DNA of 25,914 nt from Promethearchaeia archaeon (GCA_046497275.1 JAWOFX010000166.1:1-25914); one strand, 5' to 3'; positions 8,077 to 17,518 are shown, numbered from the stretch's first letter. A program made the numbers and translations. The notes: generated by a model from the sequence alone, not told the origin.

Positions 8077-9294
8077 ATGGAAGGACAAATTAAATTTGAG
8101 GATTTGGATATAAAATTTGGATATTCATGTTTACCCGAGAGATTACATTACTTTAGTAAAGAAGAAAATGATTTTAGAATGGAAGTACGTGAATGGTGTA
8201 AAAATAACGTGGAACCAGTGGTTGAAAAGATTGATAGAGAAAGAAATAAGGAATTAGCTATTGAAACCTTAAAAAAAATGCCTTATTTAGATATTATTAT
8301 CCCAGAAGAAGCAGGTGGATTAGGCAAAGGATTATTATATCGAACTATTTTTGGTGAAGAATTAACCGCATACAGTTATGCGCTGGCAAGTATATTTGGA
8401 GCATCCTCTTGTCTTTATACTGGACCTATCATAGAATATGGAACTCCAGAGCAGAAAAAAAAATACCTTTCAGGAATCGGAGATGGTACTAAAATTGGAG
8501 CAATAGGTATTACAGAACCTACGGGTGGATCTGATGCTATAGGAGGTATGAGATTATCAGCTGAAAAAAAGGGAGATTACTATGTAATCAATGGTGAGAA
8601 ATGTTTCATTACTAATGGAAGCTTTGCGGACTATATTCTATTATATGGGATTACAAATAAACAAGTAAAACCTCATAAGGGTATGACTGCATTCATTTTT
8701 GAAACAGATACTCCAGGGTTTGAAGTGGTTAAAGACTATAAACATATGGGACGAAGAGGAATGCCAAACTCATATTTAAGATTTAATAATTGTGAAGTTC
8801 CCGCAGAAAATGTATTGTATAAAGAAAATGAAGGATTAGAAATTTTGTTGTTTGGTTTAGATGGAGAGAGGACATTTACAGCATCCCAATATTTGGGTGT
8901 AGCAAGAAGTGCATTTGAAGTTGCATATAAATATGCTAATAGACGTGAACAATTTAAAAAACCAATATCTCGTTTCGAAGCTATTTCATTTAAAATAAGT
9001 GAAATGTTTATGTCTATTGAATTGAATAGAATAGCTGTAACTCAAATTGCCAGAATGCTAGACGATGATAAATATTGTAGACCTCTTGTTGCAGCAATAA
9101 AAGCTCGTCTTGCAGATGATGCTGTTAAAATAACTCAAGAAGCAATCCAAGTCACTGGAGGGATTGGATATTCCGATGAATATCCTTTAGAACGTTATTA
9201 TCGTGATGCGAAGATAGCTCAAATATCTGCGGGCACCGTAGAAATTTTGAAATATTTAATCTCAAGAGAATTACCTAGAATGTATGGTGAGTGA
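8077..9294 (+). CDS. Acyl-CoA dehydrogenase (isovaleryl-CoA DH/LCAD-type catalytic arrangement)
   Basis: ITEPTGGSD, INGEKCFITNG, GLDGER, RREQFKKPI, IQVTGGIGY, ERYYRDAKIAQISAGTVEI. ATG 8077 is preferred over the GTG at 8068. Confidence 0.93.
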   Translation: MEGQIKFEDLDIKFGYSCLPERLHYFSKEENDFRMEVREWCKNNVEPVVEKIDRERNKELAIETLKKMPYLDIIIPEEAGGLGKGLLYRTIFGEELTAYSYALASIFGASSCLYTGPIIEYGTPEQKKKYLSGIGDGTKIGAIGITEPTGGSDAIGGMRLSAEKKGDYYVINGEKCFITNGSFADYILLYGITNKQVKPHKGMTAFIFETDTPGFEVVKDYKHMGRRGMPNSYLRFNNCEVPAENVLYKENEGLEILLFGLDGERTFTASQYLGVARSAFEVAYKYANRREQFKKPISRFEAISFKISEMFMSIELNRIAVTQIARMLDDDKYCRPLVAAIKARLADDAVKITQEAIQVTGGIGYSDEYPLERYYRDAKIAQISAGTVEILKYLISRELPRMYGE

Positions 9295-9300
9295 AGGAGG
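9295..9300 (+). promoter_or_regulatory. Shine-Dalgarno site (AGGAGG) of the crotonase gene
   Basis: Directly after the dehydrogenase stop and 9 nt before ATG 9310. Confidence 0.75.
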
Positions 9301-9309
9301 CGTTATTAT

Positions 9310-10104
9310 ATGAGTGAAAAAGTAAATATTAAAATTGAAAATGATGATGTTGCAATCTTGAAATTGAATGACCCTGATAATTATAATCCTTTAAATCTGG
9401 AAATGGCTAAAAAATTATTAGCAAAATTGGAAAGTTTACGGGATAATACCAAAATCAGAGTAATAATAATTACTGGAAGTGGTAACGCATTTTCAGCGGG
9501 GGGAGATGTAAAAAAGTTTAAAGAAAGCATTGAAAATGGAACACCCGGTCAGTTTATGGATGATTTGACAAAAGACCTATATAAAATCGCAGAAATAGTA
9601 AGATTATATCCTAAACCCGTCATTGCGGCTGTTAATGGTTGGGCAGTAGGTGCTGGAATGAATCTTGCTCTATCATGTGATATAATTATCGCCTCAGAGG
9701 AAGCAAAATTTCGACAATCATTTTCCAAACTTGCTCTAATTCCGGGATTTGCTGGTACTATTTTCTTAAGCCGCCAATTAACGTGGCAACAAGCTACTGA
9801 AATGGCTTTTTTTGGAGATACTTATACTGTAGATAAAATGGATAAGCTTGGATTTATTAATGAAATTACTTCTCCAGACGAATTAATGGATATTGCATTA
9901 AAATGGGGAAAACGTCTAGCTAAGGGTCCTACCTTGACTTATGCGAGAACGAAGAAGCTATTTTTTGATTCTCTAGGCAGATCTTTTGACGAACAATTAA
10001 AAATAGAAAGAGGAATGCAGATTAAATCTGCTGAAACGATCGATTTTAAAAATGGAGTTTTTGCGATAATTGACAAGAAAGAACCAGAATTTTCTGGAAA
10101 ATAG
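9310..10104 (+). CDS. Enoyl-CoA hydratase/isomerase (crotonase) family protein, PaaG-like
   Basis: LNDPDNYNPLN, FSAGGDV, KPVIAAVNGWAVGAGMNLALSCD, and C-terminal DFKNGVFAIIDKKEPEFSGK. Confidence 0.92.
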   Translation: MSEKVNIKIENDDVAILKLNDPDNYNPLNLEMAKKLLAKLESLRDNTKIRVIIITGSGNAFSAGGDVKKFKESIENGTPGQFMDDLTKDLYKIAEIVRLYPKPVIAAVNGWAVGAGMNLALSCDIIIASEEAKFRQSFSKLALIPGFAGTIFLSRQLTWQQATEMAFFGDTYTVDKMDKLGFINEITSPDELMDIALKWGKRLAKGPTLTYARTKKLFFDSLGRSFDEQLKIERGMQIKSAETIDFKNGVFAIIDKKEPEFSGK

Positions 10105-10125
10105 TTAAAAATAGGTGAAGTCAAA

Positions 10126-11358
10126 ATTTTAGCAACTAAAAAAGTCCCCGCGTTTAAAGATGTAGTTATAGTCGACTACCTAAGAACCCCGTTTTCACGT
10201 AGTCGCCCAAAGCAACCAGAGAGAGATGTTTTTCATGACATCCCTGCAGATCAATTATTAGCCAAAATTGTGAAGGAATTGGTAGGTAGAAATAAATTTA
10301 ACCCCACTCAAATTGATGAAATCATAACAGGGTGCGCAAATCAAGTGAAGGAAAATTTTCTATACGGTGGACGACATTCCGTATTTTTAGCAGAATTACC
10401 TGAAACAGTGGCTGCTATGGGGATTGATAGACAATGTGGATCAAGTATGTCTAGCATTCATATAGGTGCGATGGAAATAATGACAGGAAATTCTGAAATA
10501 GTTCTGGGGTGCGGTATGGAACATATGACAAGAATTCCTAGAGGAACTGATTTAACACTTCGACATAAAGAATTGGGTGATAAAGAGAAATATCCAGATC
10601 ATGCAAAATATGATCTTAATACGGGATTTTCGATGTTACAGACAGCTCAGAGATTATGGGAAGAGAATCCAGATATTACACGAAAAGATATGGATAAATT
10701 TAGTCTAGAATCACATGATAAGGCAGCTAGGGCTCGAGATAAGGGATTTTTTGATGATGAAAACTTAGCCATTGAAGGAAAACTTCCTGATGGTAAAAAA
10801 AAGACAATTAGATACGATCAAGCGATTAGAACAGGTTCTGATATGGAAATTATGAGTAAACTTCCAGTAGTCTCTAAGGGAATTAATAAAGAACCTCAAA
10901 TTACCGCGGGTAATAGTTCACCTTTAAACGCGGGAGCGAGCGCATGCATCTTAATGTCAGAATCTTTAGCAGAGGAGTTAGGAATAAAACCTTTAGCTAA
11001 GATTGTATCTATGGGATGGGCAGGAGTTAATCCAGGTATTATGGGATCAGGACCTGTTCCTGCGAGTGAAAAAGCGCTTTCAAATGCAAGATTAAAAGTG
11101 GAAGATATCGATTTTTGGGAAATAAATGAAGCATTTGCAATAGTGCCTTTATATGCCAAAAAAATGTTAAATATCGATCCTGAAATAATTAATATAAATG
11201 GTGGAGCTATCGCCATTGGACATCCGTTAGGAGCTACAGGGGCAAGGTTAGTCGGGACTTTAGCACGAATCCTTCAGAAGCAAGGAGGAAATTACGGTCT
11301 TGCCACAGCTTGTGTGGGAGGAGGACAGGGAGTGGCAACAATAATAGAAAAAGTATAG
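10126..11358 (+). CDS. Acetyl-CoA C-acyltransferase (conventional thiolase); probable non-canonical start (ATT 10126 or TTA 10129)
   Basis: All catalytic motifs are present (RQCGSS, NEAF, GHPLGATG, CVGGGQG). The conserved N-terminal DVVIVDYLRTPF is encoded at 10159-10194, upstream of the first canonical start (GTG 10270). AGGTGA RBS at 10113-10118. Confidence 0.9.
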   Translation: MLATKKVPAFKDVVIVDYLRTPFSRSRPKQPERDVFHDIPADQLLAKIVKELVGRNKFNPTQIDEIITGCANQVKENFLYGGRHSVFLAELPETVAAMGIDRQCGSSMSSIHIGAMEIMTGNSEIVLGCGMEHMTRIPRGTDLTLRHKELGDKEKYPDHAKYDLNTGFSMLQTAQRLWEENPDITRKDMDKFSLESHDKAARARDKGFFDDENLAIEGKLPDGKKKTIRYDQAIRTGSDMEIMSKLPVVSKGINKEPQITAGNSSPLNAGASACILMSESLAEELGIKPLAKIVSMGWAGVNPGIMGSGPVPASEKALSNARLKVEDIDFWEINEAFAIVPLYAKKMLNIDPEIININGGAIAIGHPLGATGARLVGTLARILQKQGGNYGLATACVGGGQGVATIIEKV

Positions 11359-11497
11359 GATATTTACTTTTCTTTCTTATTAAGAGATTTCTAATTAAAT
11401 CTTCTTTTTGATTGGGGATCTTTTTATTAATTTTTGAAATGATGATAAAATCAATTATACAATCATAAAACTTTAATTTTTCGCACAATTTTCCCGA

Positions 11498-12958
11498 TTG
11501 ATGACTGGAGCACTTGAGGATAAGGTTTTTAAAGATATATCATTCATTAATGATATCAAATCGATGGCAGTTATTGGTCCGTCTGAGAGAAGGAATTTCT
11601 TTTTTTTAAGAAATCATCAAGAAAATTTTAAAGGCGATTTATACGCAGTACATCCTTCTATAAAAAAGATTCCTGGATTTGATGATGGAACAGAGGGAAA
11701 AATCTATGAATCGGTAAAGGATATACCTAATGAGATTGATTTTGTTTTTATCGCAGTCCCCAAGTCAGAAATTATAAAAGTTATTGATGATTGTGTGCAA
11801 AAAGGTGTTAAATTAGCTACAGTTTTTACCGCAGAATTTTCTGATTCTGGAACAGATGAAGGTAGGAAATTGGAGATGAAATTAATTGAACACGCTAATA
11901 ATAAACTGAGAATACTCGGACCAAATGGTATGGGGATATATTACCCAAAGTTAGGTATTACTTGGAGAACAAAATTTCCCATTGAATCTGGAAATATTGG
12001 TTTTATAGCTCAATCCGGTGGAATATGTAATATTGCCATTTATACTGCTAAAGAGTATGGCATTAATTTTTCAAAAGTATTTTCGTTTGGAAATGGAGCA
12101 GATTTAGATTTCGTTGATTTACTCTACTTTTTAGGAAATGATCCTGAGACAGAGCTCATTCTATGTTATTTGGAGGGAATTAATAAAAATAGAGCGAAAG
12201 ATCTAAAAAAAATCTTAGAATATATTCAAAAACCAATAGTTATTTTAAAAGGAGGTAAATCTAATAAAGGTAAGATTGCTGCTAAGACTCATACTGCGTC
12301 GATTTCTGGAAATAACCGGATTTGGACTTCTCTATTTCAACAATATAATTTAATTGAAGTCGAGAGCTTAGAACAATTACTAAATATTGCCAGAATAATA
12401 GATTTTTATGGAATAAATAATATTGAAAATATTGCAGTATTTAGCATTAGTGGAGGCTATGGTGTTGTTTTGGTGGACATGATCGAAAATAAGAGTATGA
12501 ATATTCCAGATTTTAGCCCAGAGATTCAGGAAAAACTAAAAAAAGAGTTTTTCGTGCATGGAACAAGTCCTAAAAATCCTTTAGACGTAGCAGCTCAATT
12601 GACTTTTAGTGATTCGGTTAAAAAAATAATAGATATTGCATTAAAAGATAAAAAAATGGATGCCTTAATAATGGATTTCCCGAGTTGGTATTTCAGTTAT
12701 AAATTTTTTATAAATCCAGATCCTAATTATGAGAAGAATGTTATTGACGCATTAAGTTTGGGAAAAGTACATAATAAGCCATTGTTTCCGATTATTCAAC
12801 CCACAAGTACACCAGAAGAACAAATTCGTATATCAAGAATTTTAGCAACTAAAAAAGTGCCCGTGTTTAGAGACCCTTTAGAATTGATACCTTTATTGCC
12901 AAAAATTTCTGATTATTTGAAAAAGAAAAGAAAAAGAGATAAAAAATCAGTTATATAG
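11498..12958 (+). CDS. CoA-binding protein, acyl-CoA synthetase (NDP-forming) alpha-subunit-like
   Basis: MAVIGPS, RILGPNGMG, IGFIAQSGG, FSFGNGADL, YLEG, LKGGKS...AKTHTAS (phospho-His position), NPLDV. There is no ATP-grasp domain. Start is TTG 11498 or ATG 11501. Confidence 0.88.
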   Translation: MMTGALEDKVFKDISFINDIKSMAVIGPSERRNFFFLRNHQENFKGDLYAVHPSIKKIPGFDDGTEGKIYESVKDIPNEIDFVFIAVPKSEIIKVIDDCVQKGVKLATVFTAEFSDSGTDEGRKLEMKLIEHANNKLRILGPNGMGIYYPKLGITWRTKFPIESGNIGFIAQSGGICNIAIYTAKEYGINFSKVFSFGNGADLDFVDLLYFLGNDPETELILCYLEGINKNRAKDLKKILEYIQKPIVILKGGKSNKGKIAAKTHTASISGNNRIWTSLFQQYNLIEVESLEQLLNIARIIDFYGINNIENIAVFSISGGYGVVLVDMIENKSMNIPDFSPEIQEKLKKEFFVHGTSPKNPLDVAAQLTFSDSVKKIIDIALKDKKMDALIMDFPSWYFSYKFFINPDPNYEKNVIDALSLGKVHNKPLFPIIQPTSTPEEQIRISRILATKKVPVFRDPLELIPLLPKISDYLKKKRKRDKKSVI

Positions 12959-13055
12959 AATTTAATGAGTTTTCAAAGTTAACGAAATTATTTTTTAGCG
13001 GTAAGATTTTTTATTTTTCAATTCCACTATGGAGAGGCAAATTAACTTTTATTAA

Positions 13056-13460
13056 TTATTCACAATAATTATGATGGGCGCAAATCTCTTTCATTTGGAT
13101 TGAAAAGTTCTTAAATTGAGATATATTACTATAGTCGAAATTTTTACCATATTCTTCAATAAATTTAACAGCTATTAATTGACCTGTTTCTCTCCAAATA
13201 TGAATGGAATCTTCTTGATCAACTAAGAGAATTATACTAATAGGATATTTGGGGATAATAATGCAGTTATGTCCTTTCTTTCCTTCTGTAGAGATTAGCA
13301 CGACCGTTCCGATATCTAATTCCTCGGAAATATTTTGAATTGCAGATAAAAAGCCACTAAAGATATCAGAATGGTCAGAATCGAATTTTGTTTCTTCTTG
13401 ACGATATTCAAATAAGGTTAAACCCGTATCGATATGTTGTATTAAAGCTATATCCAACAT
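13056..13460 (-). CDS. Small longin/roadblock-like protein (Asgard-type)
   Basis: 134 aa with a beta-beta-alpha-beta-beta-beta-alpha pattern: IALIQHIDTGLTLFEY, IFSGFLSAIQNISEEL, IILLVD. Assigned by pattern recognition, not by a profile search. Confidence 0.6.
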   Translation of the reverse strand: MLDIALIQHIDTGLTLFEYRQEETKFDSDHSDIFSGFLSAIQNISEELDIGTVVLISTEGKKGHNCIIIPKYPISIILLVDQEDSIHIWRETGQLIAVKFIEEYGKNFDYSNISQFKNFSIQMKEICAHHNYCE

Positions 13461-13660
13461 TTTAATAATTTATAATCTTACCCTTGAGATTTAAATATTT
13501 CTGTTAGAATATCAAAATTCGAATCGATTTATCAAACTCGGAATTCTTGAGATGCTGATTTTAAGTCAAAAAAATACCATTAGCAAATAATTTTTAATAA
13601 TTGGAAATCATTTTGAAAAGAATCAAAAATCAAAGAAAATTCAATATATTAGGACTTAAT

Positions 13661-14236
13661 ATGAATTATTGGTTTGTAAAATTATCTAAGTTTCTCTCTT
13701 TTATCTTAAGGCATCATCCAGAAAAATATAATATTAAATTGGATGATCAAGGATATGCTAATTTAACAGAAGTTTTAATAGTTTTGAATAATAGATTTAA
13801 ATCCCAAGGAATTACACTCAATACTCTAAATGAAATGATTAAGAAATCGGGAAAAAAAAGATTTGAAATAAGAAATAATAAAATTAGAGCATATTATGGG
13901 CATAGTATTGAGAAAAAAATAAAAATACCCAAATTAAAAGAAAATGAATACCCCAAAGAACTATATCATGGAACAACTGAAAAGGCATTTAAAAAGATTA
14001 AAAATGAAGGAATTATGAAGAAAGAACGCCAATATGTTCATCTTTCTAAAGATATAAAGACAGCAATAAAGGTTGGTAAAAGACGAACCAAAAATCCCTT
14101 AATTCTTAAAATTGATATGGATGAAGCTAAGAAAGAAGGGGTAAACTTTTATAAGTCAGGCGATATCTTTCTCGCAGATTATATTCCAGCTCAATGCATT
14201 TCACTAGTATATGAGAAGCATGAAGGTTTAAATTAA
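13661..14236 (+). CDS. kptA: RNA 2'-phosphotransferase (Tpt1/KptA)
   Basis: LSKFLSFILRH, KKRFE, IRAYYGHS, LYHGT, RQYVHLS. ATG 13661 (after AGGA) is preferred over the TTG at 13601. Confidence 0.93.
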   Translation: MNYWFVKLSKFLSFILRHHPEKYNIKLDDQGYANLTEVLIVLNNRFKSQGITLNTLNEMIKKSGKKRFEIRNNKIRAYYGHSIEKKIKIPKLKENEYPKELYHGTTEKAFKKIKNEGIMKKERQYVHLSKDIKTAIKVGKRRTKNPLILKIDMDEAKKEGVNFYKSGDIFLADYIPAQCISLVYEKHEGLN

Positions 14237-14298
14237 TTTAAAAAGTTAGATGGGATTTCTCATAAAAAAACAATGAAAATTGATTTAATATAAATTTC

Positions 14299-15471
14299 CT
14301 ACAACTTATTTTTGATAAAATTTTCAATTCTTTCTAACCCTATTCTTATATTTTCCATATTGGTGGGATAGGAAATTCTCACATATCCCTCTCCATTTTC
14401 ACCGAAAGAGATTCCAGGTGTGGTAGCTACTAAACCCTCCTCTAATAATTTCATAGAAAATTCTAAACTTGTAATATCAAGTTTTTTAATATTTGCAAAT
14501 ACGTAAAATGCTCCCTTAGGATTTAAGCAACTTAATCCCTCAATTTGATTTATTTTTTCTACTATAAAATCTCTCCTTTTCTTATAAATGCGACGCATGT
14601 CTAAAGTCTCGTTTTCACATTTAAGAGCATGAAGAGCAGCAGTTTGAGACACAGAAGGAGCACAGATAAAGAAGTTTTGTTGGAGGGCCATCATTTTTTG
14701 GATTAATTTAGGTGAAGAGATAATATACCCAATTCTCCATCCCGTCATTGCCCAGAATTTTGAGAATCCATCGAGAATAATCACACGATCGTGAATAGCT
14801 TTATATTTCTTCTCACTTAAAGAAGGTGAATTATTCCTTTCATATGTAATTTCAGAATATATCTCATCAGAGATAATCCAAATATTATTATTTTTAATAA
14901 TTTCATAGATTTCTTCGAGAGTATCTTCAGGAATAATTTGTCCAGTCGGATTTGATGGACTATTTATGATAATTGCTTTTGTTTTTGAATTAATCAGATT
15001 TTTCAAAGTTTGAGTATTAAAATTAAATTCCTCCTCTTCATAGATAGGTAAATATTTAGGTTTTCCTCCGAAAAAATTGATATAATTCTTATAGCACGGA
15101 TATCCAGGATCTGTAAGAATTACTTCTTCTCCAGGGTTTAATATAGTAGAAAAAGTAAGTAAAAAGGCTGGACTTGTTCCACAAGTGATCATAAATTGGG
15201 TTTTTGGATCAAATCGTATTCCTCTAACTCTAAATTTATAATCAGAGAGGGCTTCTCTCAGCTCTAAAAACCCTAATGAATGGGTATAGTGGGTTTTTCC
15301 GTTCTTGATATCTGCTGTACATCCATCAATTATTCTAGTAGGTGTATCAAAATCAGGTTCACCAATTTCCATATGTATAATATTTTTACCTTCTTCTTCC
15401 AACTCTAATGCTCTTTCGAGGATTTTCATAACCATAAAGGGTTCTACAGAATCCAATCTTTTTGAAAACAT
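14299..15471 (-). CDS. PLP-dependent aminotransferase class I/II (aspartate aminotransferase-like)
   Basis: GEPDFDTP, NSPSNPTG, SDEIY, DGFSKFWAMTGWRIGY (PLP lysine), GAFYVF. Confidence 0.93.
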   Translation of the reverse strand: MFSKRLDSVEPFMVMKILERALELEEEGKNIIHMEIGEPDFDTPTRIIDGCTADIKNGKTHYTHSLGFLELREALSDYKFRVRGIRFDPKTQFMITCGTSPAFLLTFSTILNPGEEVILTDPGYPCYKNYINFFGGKPKYLPIYEEEEFNFNTQTLKNLINSKTKAIIINSPSNPTGQIIPEDTLEEIYEIIKNNNIWIISDEIYSEITYERNNSPSLSEKKYKAIHDRVIILDGFSKFWAMTGWRIGYIISSPKLIQKMMALQQNFFICAPSVSQTAALHALKCENETLDMRRIYKKRRDFIVEKINQIEGLSCLNPKGAFYVFANIKKLDITSLEFSMKLLEEGLVATTPGISFGENGEGYVRISYPTNMENIRIGLERIENFIKNKL

Positions 15472-15582
15472 TTTTTAATTCAAGAAGGTTAATGAGTTAA
15501 CTTATTATTTTGATATGAAATTAATAAATTTAATGAATATTATTAACTAATCTAAATTTTTCTTACAGTGGGAAAATAAATT

Positions 15583-16830
15583 CTAACTTATATCATTATT
15601 ATAATCGTGAACTGCTTCCATCATCGCTACTATATTTTCAGGTGGGACATCTGGTAAAATATTATGGACAGTATTCCAAATGTAGCCTCCACCTTCAGAA
15701 AATATTTCAAGAAGTTGCCATACATGTTTTTTTACATCTTCGGGAGATTTTTTAGGTAATACGTTTCGAGTATCAGCACCACCTCCCCAGAAGGTAATTT
15801 CATTCCCATATGTGTCTTTTAGAAGCTTGAGATCCATTCCCTTGGCATTAATTTGAACGGGATTTAATGTATCGATTCCTAATTCTATAAAATCAGGTAT
15901 TAAAGGAACAACTGAACCACATGAATGTAATAAAATTTTCATATTAGAATTTTTTTTAATGTAATCGCAAACTTGTTCTAGCTTAGGTTTTATTAATTTG
16001 CGAAAAATGTTAGGATTCATGAATGGTCCTGAATTCTCACCATAATCATCTGCAATACAAATAATATCCACTAAATCACCTACATACTTGCAAATCAAAT
16101 AAAGTGAAACCATTTGGAACTCTAAGATAAGATCTAAAAATTCATCAACTTCATTAGGGCGTCTAATAAAATCAATGAGGAATTTATCCATTGGTTTCAT
16201 GGAAGTACCAAACTGAAAAAAACTTATTCCTGTGGACATCACTAAAGCTTTATCTGATTCGCTTCTAAGTTTTTTAATTCGCTTTCTTAAATCCCTCCAA
16301 AATCCCTTATTTTCTAAATGGTCGAATGGTGGAGAAACCATTTCAAAGCCAGCCATTTTAGGAAGAGCTTTTAGAAATTCATTCATATTTTTCGGATATC
16401 CTTTTTCATATGGATAATAGGTTTGATCAATGACTAAAGCATCTTTTGACATACGTGCTAAGACAACCCCTTCTGAATTAACAACTTCTAATGAGCCATC
16501 ATCATTAAATATAGGTTGGAACCACGAAGGAAATTGTGCTTTAATTCCATTTATCTCAACATCATACCAATCATCTTCTTGAGTGTTAAAAGCTCTGCCG
16601 ACATCTATGGCATCTATTTTAAATCGTTCAATCAATTCATTTTCCACTTGAGCAAGCTGTTGAGAGAGATCATAAATTCTAACATGTCCTTCGTTGATAT
16701 TTAAATATTTTTTAAGACGATAATAGGCTATTGCTGATATACTTGAAGAAGGATGAGATCCTATATCGATAGGTACTCTATCTGGTTCTTTATGATCAAT
16801 TGCTGCTAAGACTCGTTCTCGTGAGTTCAT
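15583..16830 (-). CDS. Uroporphyrinogen decarboxylase family protein (MtaA/CmuA-like methyltransferase superfamily)
   Basis: MNSRERVLAAIDHKEPDRVPID, ADDYG, LHSCG, LNPVQ, FWGGGAD, HNILPDVPPENI. Confidence 0.88.
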   Translation of the reverse strand: MNSRERVLAAIDHKEPDRVPIDIGSHPSSSISAIAYYRLKKYLNINEGHVRIYDLSQQLAQVENELIERFKIDAIDVGRAFNTQEDDWYDVEINGIKAQFPSWFQPIFNDDGSLEVVNSEGVVLARMSKDALVIDQTYYPYEKGYPKNMNEFLKALPKMAGFEMVSPPFDHLENKGFWRDLRKRIKKLRSESDKALVMSTGISFFQFGTSMKPMDKFLIDFIRRPNEVDEFLDLILEFQMVSLYLICKYVGDLVDIICIADDYGENSGPFMNPNIFRKLIKPKLEQVCDYIKKNSNMKILLHSCGSVVPLIPDFIELGIDTLNPVQINAKGMDLKLLKDTYGNEITFWGGGADTRNVLPKKSPEDVKKHVWQLLEIFSEGGGYIWNTVHNILPDVPPENIVAMMEAVHDYNNDIS

Positions 16831-16963
16831 AAGTTCTATTATATTAAGTATTCCAAATATTTAATAATCAAATCTATTTTTTAAATCAATCTTACGAGTA
16901 TATAGTAATTGCTTAAAAAAAATAAATTAATACTTTTTTAAGATTAATAACCTAACAATATCT

Positions 16964-17518
16964 ATGAAAACACAAGTTAAAAAAACCTTGACTCCAATAA
17001 TATCTCCAGCAGTAGTCGTTTCGGTTGGAGATTGGGATAATGCTAATTTAATCACACTTGCATGGGTTGGAAGAGTTGTTTCAAAGCCTCCCATCATGTC
17101 TATTTCCATCCGTCCCTCTCGATATTCCTTTTCTTTAATCGAAGAATTAAATGAATTTGTCATTAATGTACCTTTTACAGAAAATGTAAAACAAGTTGAT
17201 TTCTGTGGAACAAGAACAGGTAAAAAAGTAGATAAATGGGACGCTTTAAATCTAAGGAAGGAAAAAGCAACTAAGATATCGGTCCCTCTCATAAAAGAAT
17301 TTCCTATTAATATTGAATGCACCGTGGTTAAAAAATTAGAAATTGGGACTCATATGATCTATTTAGGAGAAGTCCAAGCGGTAAATGTGGAGGAAAAATT
17401 ATTACATAATGGACAACTTGACCCTTCTCAGCAAGACCAAGTAGTCTATATTCCACAAAACTATTATAAACTGAAGGACGCAATTGAGATTCAAGGGTTT
17501 TCTTTAAATCCTGTTTAG
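16964..17518 (+). CDS. Flavin reductase family protein (flavoredoxin-like)
   Basis: NLITLAWVG, PPIMSISIRPSRYS, EFVINVP, DFCGTRTG, PINIEC, GTHMIYLGEV. Confidence 0.9.
   Translation: MKTQVKKTLTPIISPAVVVSVGDWDNANLITLAWVGRVVSKPPIMSISIRPSRYSFSLIEELNEFVINVPFTENVKQVDFCGTRTGKKVDKWDALNLRKEKATKISVPLIKEFPINIECTVVKKLEIGTHMIYLGEVQAVNVEEKLLHNGQLDPSQQDQVVYIPQNYYKLKDAIEIQGFSLNPV

Noticed and set aside
9292-9309. Dehydrogenase, crotonase and thiolase all in one frame separated by single stops (possible trifunctional read-through)
   Set aside because: Same-frame neighbours occur often by chance, and the crotonase has its own strong AGGAGG plus ATG. Only the thiolase junction is anomalous.
13601-13660. TTG start for kptA given by the ORF track
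   Set aside because: The extension is non-conserved low-complexity sequence; ATG 13661 follows AGGA and sits just before the conserved LSKFLS motif.
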